From: Rhizophagus irregularis
Taxonomy: Eukaryota
Direction of reading: 5' to 3'
DNA: 64,000 nucleotides
Assembly: GCF_026210795.1 (NCBI RefSeq)
Contig: NC_089431.1
Location: forward strand, 1,302,001 to 1,366,000
How positions within the stretch are numbered: position 1 is the stretch's first letter; every line of letters begins with the position of its first letter. Shown here one piece after another: positions 23,493-34,758 of this stretch. Below the pieces are notes generated by a model. The model ran no database searches. It saw nothing but the letters and a program-made list of their open reading frames with translations, and was not told the DNA's origin. Made by a program: the position numbers and the translations under genes.

Positions 23493-25227
23493 ATGAAAAT
23501 CACAAATAAACCATCCAAAAAGTTGAGAAATTTATGGAAAAGAGTTAATTATAATAAATATCAAGTAAATGTACAGAAATTCATTTTATCATTTATTTCA
23601 AAATAATATGGTTTAAATGAGAATTTTTTTTTTATTCGTTTATTTTAAAGTTACATGTTACAATTTCTTCTGTTGATTCAATTACAAAATCCGAAGAGAT
23701 AGATGATAAAGTAGTTTATATGAATGACCTAGAAAAAAGAAAAGAAGCATATGGTATATGTGGAGAATGTAATGAACCTGGTACGGGAGAAGAATGGTGT
23801 CAACCTTGTAATGCTGAAAGATTTAAAGAAAATTTTAAAAATTGGACTAGTGGAAATAATGATATTGATGAATTAATACAATATTCACAACTTAATTACA
23901 AAATGTCTTGAATGGATACCTTTTGAAAATTTTTATGATGTTACTTATATTACCTGAGGAGGTTTTGGTAAATTTTATTCTGCTAAATGGCCTAATGGAT
24001 GTATTGGTTATTGGGATGTTGAAAATCAAAAGTAGATTAGAGGTGCAGAACGTAAAGTTGCTTTAAAAAGTTTGGATAATTCTTCTAACTAAAATAAGAT
24101 AAATAAAATATAATTGACAAAAATTAATATAAAATAATTTTTTTGTTTAAGATTTTATTTTTTTTAAAAAAAAAATATATCTGTTATTACTAGATTAAAT
24201 CCCACCTTCAGATCTATACTTGGGGTATTGTTCAATGTTTTGGAATAACTCAAAATTCAAATACCAAAGATTATATGATGGTTTTATATTATTGTAAAGA
24301 TGGAAATTTGAGAAATTATTATTTAACTAAACCTGAAGAAGATACTAAAAAACTGTATAATTTATCAAGAATTGCAAATGGACTATTAGATATCCATAAT
24401 GCTGGAAAAATTCATAAAGACTTTCATTTAGGTAATATATTGCATGGTAGAAATATATATATAAGTGATTTAGGAATGTGTCAATCAGCAAATAATGAAG
24501 ATAAAGAAGAAGGAGTTTGTGGAGTATTACCTTATATGGCACCAGAAGTTTTACGCGGATTTCAATATACAAAATCAGCAGATATTTACTCATTTGGAAT
24601 AATGACGAATGAGTATTTTTCTGAAGAAATTCCTTTTAATGATACTCCTCATGATGAATATTTAGCAGTTCAAATATGTAAAGGTTTAAGACCAAAAATT
24701 TTTGAAGGTACTCCAAGATTTTTTGCAGATTTAATTATGAAATGTTGGGATGCTAAAGTAGAAAATAGACCAACTGCTAAAGAATTATATGAAATATTAA
24801 AAAAATGGAATGAAATACAATATAAAGATAATAAAATTCATTCTCAAATGAAAAAATATGAAGAAATTAGAAAAAGCAAACTAGAAAACAGATTAAATAT
24901 ATCTGAAAATTTAAAAATTCATCCTCAAGCAATCTATACCAGTAGATTTTTAAATTTCAAAAATCTTCCAGAACTAGTAAACTCTTCAGATTTATTATCA
25001 TTTCAGATAAATTTGGGTAAATATTTAATTTTAATTATAAAAAAATTTTTTATTTAAATTTAAATTTATATTTTTACTTATTTTTTTCATAATAAATCCT
25101 ATAAATAAGTACTAATACCTTTAATGATTACTTATAGTTATAATTTATATCTTATTAATATTATTTTGTTATTTAGCTTATAGTTTCAGAATGTTTTGAT
25201 TGTAAAATTGAGATAAGTAAGATATAA
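23493..25227 (+). pseudogene. TKL protein kinase, copy 3, pseudogene
   Basis: Frameshifting deletion near 23897; TGA at 23955-23957 (AGA in paralogues); TAG at 24033-24035 (TGG in paralogues); exon-2 donor deleted near 24087. The downstream kinase exon 24275-25016 is still open. Confidence 0.9.
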
Positions 25228-25849
25228 TATCTATTCGCAATTATTTGGATGAGATGAACTTTACATCATTTTACGTCTTGACAAAGTCAGACATTCATCT
25301 CTTGCACAGTCAAAATCAAATATTAAAATGGATCATTTTCTTTATTTAATTCCTTTGCAAAATTAACAGTTTAAAGTGTTAATTAGGCTAAAACTTCAAC
25401 GAATAAGACATATTTTACACAATAAATTTACAGTATATTATCTGATCTAATCATATCCAGTTTCGCTTTTATCAATGTTTCAGAAAACATGCCATTTTTG
25501 CCTCATTTTTTCTTACTGGACCAGTGATATTCCCTGTAAAAATTTCCATATATATATATATATTTCACCATGTAGTTGTAAAAAAAAAATATTATTCAAC
25601 GATCTTGATGTATTTTAAATTTGAGCAGTAGTAGAACAGGCTAGTATTTCAGCATCACTCTCATTATGCTAATATGATTGCTGCACGTGATTCAAAATTG
25701 CCAATGATATCTCCACACATGATTTGAAAATTAAGCTATGGTACCACTGAGGCGAAAATTTTTTATCAATGAGCAATGACATGACCACAAGACTTAATAC
25801 TTTCAAAGAAGCATGCTATAATGAATTTGGCTTAATGGGACGATCCATC

Positions 25850-27260
25850 AAATTACTCTTTGGCCCTTCTTGTGCGAGTTATTCAACCGTTTTCACAAAT
25901 GGTATAACTCATTGCGCACGATGATGATCTTCACAATCGATATAACCTTGCTTATCGAATAATATTTCTTGACGAGTTTTCCGCATACGATACAAAGTTT
26001 TCTATTAAAAAAAAAAATGAGTGAATTTCCCAAAACTATAAAATACAGTCACTGAATCACAAAGATATCTAACCTCAACACGCAGCAAAGAAATGATCAG
26101 TTGCTCTATAACGGGCAAATTATTGATTGATGAAGGTAACTTAACCTTCTTAAACGCCAGATACCCTGTGTTTTCCAATCTAATCCGTATACGTTGTAAT
26201 TATAATCTAAAATCAAATAAATGGGAGATATTATAAGAATGCATCGAAAAAAATTATGATTTAAATTAAACTTACTGGATGAATGAACTCCGATAGTGAA
26301 ACTTATCCGGATCTACACCGTTATTTTCTATTCCTTCGTTTATCAACACATCCCGTAACGCGACTGCTAGGTCCACTTTATCAATCCATTTTTTGGATTT
26401 CGGGGCTGAGGGAAGACCACCAGATCTCAAACTAATTAACATTTCAAATTGATCATGACTGACTCTGAAATCCAATTTTTGTCCAATTAAGCTTCTATCA
26501 GTGGGCATCTTCATTTGATTTTTGCGTAGAACCTTTAAAAGATTAAAATTATTAAAATTTCAAAAAAAAAATAAAAATAAAAATTATGTTACAATTACCC
26601 AAATCTTGTTCGACATCATCATCATCCTCTTCTTCTTCATTGTTACTCTTTGTTTTTATTGTTCTTTTTGGCATATCTCTGTGAGTAACCGATGTGTTTG
26701 TGATTTTTGCGTAGAATCTATTTTAAAAGATTAAAAGTAATTCAAATTGACCAAAAATTCAATATATATATTATCCAATCTTGTTTACCTTTATCACCAC
26801 CTTCAGCATCTTCAGTGCTCCTTGTTATTTTTGAGATGTCTTTGTGAGTTGATGGTTCTTTGTGAGTTGATGATTCAAGTGGAGGGTCTTTTTCTGAAAA
26901 TTTTAAATAAAAAAGTCATTTATTTCAGAATTTCCAATTATCCATGAAATTATCACAATTACCTATAATTTCTGGTGCATCGTCATTACCATAATCATCA
27001 TCCTCAATAATAATCTCTGTGTTGTTTTTGTGTGTCTTTGATGATGACGAATTCGAATTCTTACTACTCACTTTCGAGTTTCTTGTATTTTCACGCATTG
27101 GTGTTTGTTTATTTGACACATTATCTCCTGACAGACTCCTGTTACTTGGCTTATATCAAGAACAAATAGGTCATGGGCATGAGCTTTGACTTCTTCTTCT
27201 ATCACATAATTTGTAAATAATTTACTCAATCTCATCTGAATTCACTTCGCTCTCCAAATC
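25850..27260 (-). pseudogene. Decayed multi-exon gene with a possible PD-(D/E)XK/REase-like C-terminal domain
   Basis: Fragments GQKLDFRV...EMLISLRSGGLPSAPKSKKWIDKVDLAVALRDVL and YNVYGLDWKTQGIWR / KKVKLPSSINNLPVIEQLIISLLRVE, separated by frameshifts and GT-AG introns. The domain call is inference; boundaries approximate. Confidence 0.45.
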
Positions 27261-27509
27261 GTATTAATTCAATGTCATGCAATTGCCTAAAGAATTCAGC
27301 CGATCAACAAAGTATTACTAGCCAATCCAAAGCTTTATTTATGTCAATCACATGCAACCCGGGGGTTCTTCTAATGATTGCAGGCTCGGGTCAAATTACA
27401 TTCAGAGGCATTAGCCTAACTATCTGAATCCAATTTTGATCGAATTAGGGCCGAAAAGAGACTATGGTTCGGCTAGAATTATGGCAGCTTAAAAATCAAG
27501 GACTTACTA

Positions 27510-28565
27510 TTGGTATTGTACACTGGAAATTGAATTTTATTTTTCTTCTGATTGGAAGTTCTTAATTGCCTGTTTAGTATTTAATTCTCCAACAAGTAAT
27601 TATTTTTGCAATCAATCATTTCTAAATATTGATTCATTTCTTCTAAGGACTTATCCGAAACATTTTCAATAGGTGAAAACTGTTGTAAAAGGAGATCAGT
27701 ACCCTCTTGATCCCCTTGACCTGCCATTTCTTGTGCAATTAAAGCTTGTTGAATACTATCATAATCATCATCATTAACGGTAAAATTTCAGTTATTGACA
27801 ATTGCTTCTACTTTTACTGAATTCCAAGCTTGTGCAATATATTCCATAGCTTCTTTGACGTTAATTTTGTTGCTATATTAGAATTTTTTTAAACTGATAT
27901 AAATATAGTAACAAAAATGAAAATTACAATAACTTGAATACCTTTTTAAATCCACATTTGTTTCAAACTGATGAATAATATGTCGTATGTAATGTTGTTA
28001 CGTTTAATTATTTGATTTTCATGTTCATCAGGATTAAATGAAATGAAGCGTTATTAAAAATTTTTCGATTTTGTGCTTAAAATTCGTTATTATGATGATC
28101 AAGCCATTCACCAAAAATATCACTTCGTATCCAGGCATTGGAATTAGCATAATAAGAACGTGGAAGAGAATTTCTATTGACTCGATAAAAACATCTAGGG
28201 TTCTTTGAAGAACCAATTACAAGTGGGTTTGTGAGTACCAATAGCATTTGTTGCTAAAAGAACAGTAATGCAAGTTTTTATCCTAAAAACAATTTAATTA
28301 AATAAATAATAAATATACAATGAAATTTATAGTTAAAAAATTAATTAATTTGCTCACCAGTTTGGTACCTGGAGTGGTTGCTGATGCAAGAGTTTGATTA
28401 GGTGCCATACGAAAAAGAGACCAGTTCATCTGCATTGAATATGTTATTAAGTGTATAATCTTACAAAATTGATTACAACTTTCTCCTTTTCTCAAAAAGA
28501 GTTTCTAATGGCGCGCTATTTGTTTCACCATGTAAGCGATAGCAACGAATATTATTGCGTCTCTT
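27510..28565 (-). mobile_element. Degenerate pogo/Tigger (DDE_1, CENP-B-like) transposase remnant
   Basis: Motifs YRLHGETNSAP, FRMAPNQTLAS, ITVLLATNAIGTHK, PLVIGSSKNPRCF and ANSNAWIRSDIFGEWL, broken by frameshifts and deletions; boundaries approximate. Confidence 0.8.
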
Positions 28566-28587
28566 ATCAAAATAATATATTTTCATG

Positions 28588-28801
28588 TAGTGTTTCGATC
28601 CGGATAAAACCTCAAATATTTTAACGTGGGATTATAATTAAAAAAGGTTACAAATTTCGGCTTTGAGTGGACTATAATTTCGGCCAGAATTAAAATAATA
28701 TTATTCCATAAATTTTTATTAATTTTGGTGGTCCCAGCCTAAATTAACCGAGCCGGTATCCGGATAAAAACCGGATAAAACCGCTACGGATCGAAACTCT
28801 A
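28588..28801. mobile_element. hAT-type MITE, 214 bp
   Basis: 15-bp TIR TAG(T/A)GTTTCGATCCG with 1 mismatch; perfect 8-bp TSD TTTTCATG at 28580-28587 and 28802-28809; subterminal CCGGATAAAA repeats. Confidence 0.9.
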
Positions 28802-29591
28802 TTTTCATGTGTAATGTTAAATTCCTGTGCAAAATAAAAGCCTTCTCTTTAATCAATTCTGAAACTGAAAGATTATTAGCATTTGCATTTTCACAACCCA
28901 TAACTCCAACGTCTTTTCAACTTGTGAGTATTTGGATTGTAACAGAAATAATAATCTTTATTTAATATATATTTTGTTATTGTTTTAAAATTATTGTTTT
29001 AGATCATTTTGGTGTTTTTGTGATTTTTTAGTTTTAAAGTGGAACTCATGTGATTTGTATTTTTTGTCCGACCATAAAAATTTACTTCAAACCATTTTAT
29101 ACATACATTCTTTATTTGAAAAATATTATTAAATTTTAACGCATCTTTTTTATTTCTAGCTGACGTGAAAAAATCGGAACTCCATAAATTCAATAAATTA
29201 TAAATTATAGAGAAAAAAAAAAGAAAATAGAAGAAACGTTAGTACGTTGAAGTCGGATCCTAAAGTATTAGAGAAAGTCAGAGGGAAACGCGAAAAGAAA
29301 AATGCTTCAATAAAACTTGAATATAATTTCATTAATTTTTAGTATTTATCAAGGATGGAAAGAGTTTATTTCTTTCATATATTAATTAACAAATAAAAGA
29401 ATATTTTTTCCAAAGAAATAAAAATAAGATCCTTAAGGGATAATTAATTAATCTATGGGGAATTGGCATTGTTTCAATAATTTAACTTATTTTTAAGTAC
29501 TATATATATACACAGTATATTATATATGTACTCACATATACTAATACAATGTATAGTGTATTTCAATATTTTATCACTTTTCTATATAGCT

Positions 29592-31300
29592 CTAAAAGTT
29601 TACACAAAGAAATCCACCAACTATCATAAAAACCCCAAGCCAATATTCTTTACTCATTACAAGTCCTTTGAAAAATATATCACCAATTAACGCTATAGGT
29701 ATCGTCAAACTTAATCCAAGTGTAGCAGTCAGTGGAGATGTTAGCAAAACAGCTAGAAGCCAAAGATAATCTGATAAGAAGGTGCCTATTAATGCATTAA
29801 TTGCAATCATTGTCCATATTGTAATATTTGGTGGAAGTTCAAATTGTTCTAATCCAGTAAAATGTAGCAACGGAAATATCGGCGAAAGTAAAATTACATT
29901 AAATATCCCAACAAATCCAAAGAATAATGGCATATTAACATGAGATTCATTTTGGATACGTAACTTCAACAAAATTGTATAGCATCCATAAAAAAAAGCT
30001 CCCATTAGAGCAAGAAGATTGCCAAATAATGGATTAGTAGGAATATCATCACCAGGTTCATCAGAACTGAATTCATCTCCATTCGAGATTAAGAAAACAC
30101 CAAAAATGCTAAAAAGTAAAGTTAATTGAATGAGTATAATAATTTAGCTAATATAAAAATTTAAATTTACCTTATAAGAACTGCTGCTAATTTAATTAAT
30201 GTAAACTTTTCAACTCCAAAAAGAGAACCAATAATTAAAGTGAACAATCCTGTAGCAGAAGAGGTTAAAAATCAAAATCAAAGTTGAAACATTTTAAGGA
30301 TTTTATATTTAATCGTAATTACAAACCTGATGTTGAAGATAAGATTGTGCTACTTGCAACAGACGTATACGCGATAGATGCATTGGTACTCCAGTTAGCT
30401 AAGTATCATTTTAATTAATTATATAGGATTTAAAACAGGCGGATTTTTTAAAAGAATAACAATACCTGCAAACCATAAAATACAAAAGGTAAATCCCAAT
30501 TCGGCAACCTATAAACACAATTTTTTTAGTATTCAAAGTAAAACGGCTATTTACACTACATATGTAAAATCTATAATTCAAAAATCAATACTTGTCGAGT
30601 TGTCAACTTTTCCTCATCATGCATGGACGAAAGCACATCATGAGGGTCAATATGAGGATGATTATCTAATGTTTTACGATGAGATGTTAGTTGTGATCAT
30701 ACAAAAAAAGAATTATCACTAGTTAGTACTAATCCGACTTCACTATTATTATGAGATAATGTGGGTTGCAACATAATGTTTTCTTGAGATTCCTGATATA
30801 TCAAAAAACAAAGGACTTAGTCATTAAATCATTAAACAAAGCAACTTAGAAGTTTAAAAACTTACATTCATACCATCATTTGAATTCAATGAACGTTCAC
30901 TTGACGAACGTGACAAAACATCATACAACGCAGTGTTAAAATTCGTCATTCTGTGGTAATAATGAGTATTAGAAGTGTTTTTAAGTTTTAAAATAAACAA
31001 AGCTTAGAAATATATACCTTTGTTTGTCTATATGCCGTTTCTTATTACAAATAAAATATAGTAAATATAATGAAAAAGAAGCTGTACATGTATATGTGAT
31101 AATGAATGGCTTGTTATACTTTTGATTTGCAAATATATTCTAAAATAAAATAAAAAAATTTATTTCAAAGTTTCGTCGAAGAACTAAATAACGATTACGA
31201 AACTTACGTTCATCAAAAACGAAGATCCGACCCAAATAAATACTACGCAAAGTAATGTGAGAATGCCAATGGCATAACGATGCCGCTCTGTAAAATACAT
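29592..31300 (-). CDS. Drug/metabolite (EamA) superfamily transporter, SLC35F5/THI74/YML018C-like; multi-exon
   Basis: N-terminus MYFTERHRYAIGILTLLCVVFIWVGSSFLMN; motifs YNKPFIITY, LWFAANWSTNASIAYTSVASSTILSSTSGLFTL, SDYLWLLAVLLTSPL, GLSLTIP; GT-AG introns. Confidence 0.9.
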
Positions 31301-31493
31301 TTCAGACGTAAAAAATATCTAAAGTTTCGAACTCAGAATGCGAGTAGCTTTAAACATTGATAGCCAATCAATATGGATTGATAAAAATAAAACGACTAAT
31401 ATAGTATGAATGGTTGTGATTACTTTTTTTGGTATGTAAGAATAATTTGCGTTTCATTTCTTTATAACTGAAATTTAACCGATTTAACTGAAC

Positions 31494-32204
31494 ATGTCTT
31501 ATCCTACTCGAACTATTAAGAACTTCCTTAAAATAGGCCCCAAAGAATATTTGAGACAATTATTGTATATTGGAGACACTAAGGCTGGGAAACTTGTTGG
31601 AACAGATAAGTATGGAAATAAATATTACGAAGATAAAGAAGAATTTTTCGGTACGTCTTGTTTTATTTTAATAAAAGACTCTTGTTGAATATGCCTGTAT
31701 ATATTCGACTTCAATCTGAAGTTAGAAAGTATTAATAACCAAATTTTACGGAATAAACTCAATATATATTTGAAACAAATCTAAATGTTTGTTTTATACT
31801 TTATTCGCTGCTTCGGACGAGTTTCTTAATAACTCTTTTTTTTTTCTTTTAACAAAGGTCGAGATCGATGGGTAGATTATGCTGAACACTATGGTGATGC
31901 TAGCCAAATTCCCTCTCAATGGTAGGTAATTTTTTATCAATTTTATCTATTTGAATCGTTCACGTTTTTGAATATTTAAAAGCGGGCGCTTTGAGATTTA
32001 TTTCAATATTGATTTGTATAACATAGGCATGCCTGGATGCATAAGATTGTGGAGCATCCTCCCACTATTGATCCTCCGCCGAGCCCAAAGTTTCTTTCCC
32101 CTCATACTGAAAATGTTACAGGAACCCGTAAAGCTTTTAGAACATATAATACAACAGCTCCTAAAATTCTTGCTTGGGAACCAAAAGTTAATCGCAGAGA
32201 ATAA
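31494..32204 (+). CDS. NDUFA12: NADH:ubiquinone oxidoreductase subunit NDUFA12 (N7BM); exons 31494-31650, 31858-31921, 32027-32204
   Basis: GKLVGTDKYGNKYYE, GRDRWVDY, ASQIPSQWHAWMH, NVTGTRKAF, AWEP. Confidence 0.93.
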
Positions 32205-32857
32205 TATAAATATTTTTAAACCTCTTATTTATTTTATTTCATTAGTTTTTATTTTATTTTATTTTTTTTGATTTGAACAAAATAGATTATTATAATGTTT
32301 TACAAACAATATAATCAAGAATTATAATCAACATCTAATGACCATCTAAAATTAGTAAGAAATCAATAAAAACTATAATTGCTTTGTGTTCTGATACAGA
32401 AAGATGAGATGCAAATCCGATTACCTTATTTCATCATTATGTGTAAAAACTTGCCTTGAAAAGTTAGAGAATGAATGTTTTAGCTATATGCTGTGATGAG
32501 CAAATGTCCTGTGCAAGGGCGTGAAAAGAATTTAAAAAAGTATATATAGCTTTAAAAAAATTCGTTTTTTTATATTGATTATACGGTTTATACCTGTATC
32601 CTGATGTCATAATACCCCTTGATTCAACTAAACAGTTTCCTCATATAAAGGCTATTGTTTCACAAGTAATTCAGCCGATACTCCTTAATAGAGTAAATCT
32701 CTTAGTCCCGAAATAAAAAATTTCTGCGTTCTTACATATAACGTGGATATTAACTTTCAACAAAGAATAAATAAATTGCTACTACTTTGATTTTTCCGGA
32801 TTTTTTTAAATCTAAATTTCTATTACCTTGTGCAAATTTGATTAACTAGAAATTACA

Positions 32858-34038
32858 ATGGCTTCCCGTAAGAAAGTTCTTTTGAAAGTATGTTTCTTTC
32901 CAAGTTGATTTCATAATAATTTTTGCTTCTCAAATATGAGTGCTAATAATTTTTTAATATTTTTATTTTTTTCCATAAAAGGTTATTATCTTGGGCGATA
33001 GCGGGTATGTTTGTTTAAACAACTAGTTTACCTAATTTTGAGGACAAATTATAGATCCTGTACTATATAATTTTTTATTTTCAGTTTTTATTTCTTAAAA
33101 TAAGATCTATCCCAAAAATACTGGACACCGAAATATTGTTAGATTTAGAATATTTTTTTTCGAAGTTTATCGTGAATATTGAATTTTAATTAATATATAT
33201 GCATTTGTTTATTTGCCATTAAACAGTGTTGGCAAGACATCATTAATGAATCAATATGTAAATAAGAAATTCAGTACTCAATATAAGGCTACTATCGGTG
33301 CTGATTTTTTGACTAAGGAAGTGATGGTTGATGACCGTCTTGTGACAATGCAGGTTCGGACAAGATTATCTTTTATTTAATAATTTACTGAATACTGAAA
33401 TTGTAGAGATCAAAATCTTACTACTATTTGTTTTTAAAGATTTGGGATACTGCTGGACAAGAACGTTTTCAATCTCTGGGGGTTGCATTTTACCGTGGAG
33501 CTGATTGCTGTGTTCTAGTGTATGATGTTAACAACAACAAGAGTTTTGAAACGTTGGATAGCTGGAGAGATGAATTCTTAATTCAAGCTTCTCCACGAGA
33601 CCCTGAAAATTTTCCATTTGTTGTCTTGGGTAACAAAATCGATATGGAAGAATCAAAGAGAGCGGTATTTTTAAATTTTATTTGTCTTAGACCGTGATTC
33701 TTTCCGGTTTAATAATAATTTTTATGATTATTTAGGTATCTCAAAAACGGGCCATGACTTGGTGTCAATCCAAAGGCAACATTCCTTACTTTGAAACAAG
33801 TGCTAAAGAAGCAATTAACGTAGAAAATGCATTTCAGACTATTGCGAAAAATGCTTTACAACAGGAGACCGATGCAGACTTGTATGCATTTTATAAAGAT
33901 CATTAATTCATTATAAATGTTTTCAATTTTTTTATTAATTTATTATCTTTTTTTTTTCCTTGAAAAAGTTATAATGACTTTCCGGATCCAATTAAGATTG
34001 ACAATGATACATCCAAATACGATTCTTGTGGATGCTAA
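32858..34038 (+). CDS. YPT7: Rab7/Ypt7 small GTPase; multi-exon
   Basis: [68 protein letters not shown]-terminal CGC prenylation motif. Confidence 0.97.
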
Positions 34039-34758
34039 GAAAGATTCTTCTGTGGCCTTCAGTTATAAATTTTTAGCCGAAGGAGTATGGTTGGACAATT
34101 TAAATTAAAACAAGGATGCTGTTTTTAGGACAATGAAACTTCTTATTTCTTTTATTTTTTCATTGAACTATATATGTCATCAAGTTTCAAACAGTGTTTC
34201 TCTTTATTTTATTATTTCATCTTTATATTATTACTTCTCATTCCTTATTATGATATTACTGGACATTTATAATAGGAGTGAAGAATTAAGGTAACATTAT
34301 GCACATACACACTTTATTTTTGTACAATTATCAATTTGATCTTCTGGTATTTCTATTTTATTTTATTAACTATTGTAACTTGGATGTTTTATTTGGTTTT
34401 AGTGTTGTATTGGTTGTGGGTTAAATAAAAAAATTTCATAATACTACGTTATATGTGAATGATATTTTGACTTTATTATAATGTTATTATTCAGTTGATT
34501 CGATATTTTATGAGACATCCAATATTGAAATCAGTATTGGTAGCATTAATTCCTATTGGTCACTGCAGTATTCGACCAGTTATGTCCCTAATTATTCGTT
34601 AAACCGTAAAATTGTAACTTACCGGATTCCTGGAGTTATGGTTGTGTAATAAATAAGCAGGTTACACGACATCATGATTTTATCATGTGATACTAAAAAC
34701 ATTACAAAAGTTACGTTTCTGTTGCTAATGTTAAATACTACTCCGTATTTCTATAATA

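Noticed and set aside
30666..30743. In-frame TGA (30699-30697) in the transporter gene, suggesting readthrough or selenocysteine
   Set aside because: Explained by a 78-nt phase-1 intron (GTGAAG...CTAAC...TTAG) that removes the stop; junction reads would confirm.
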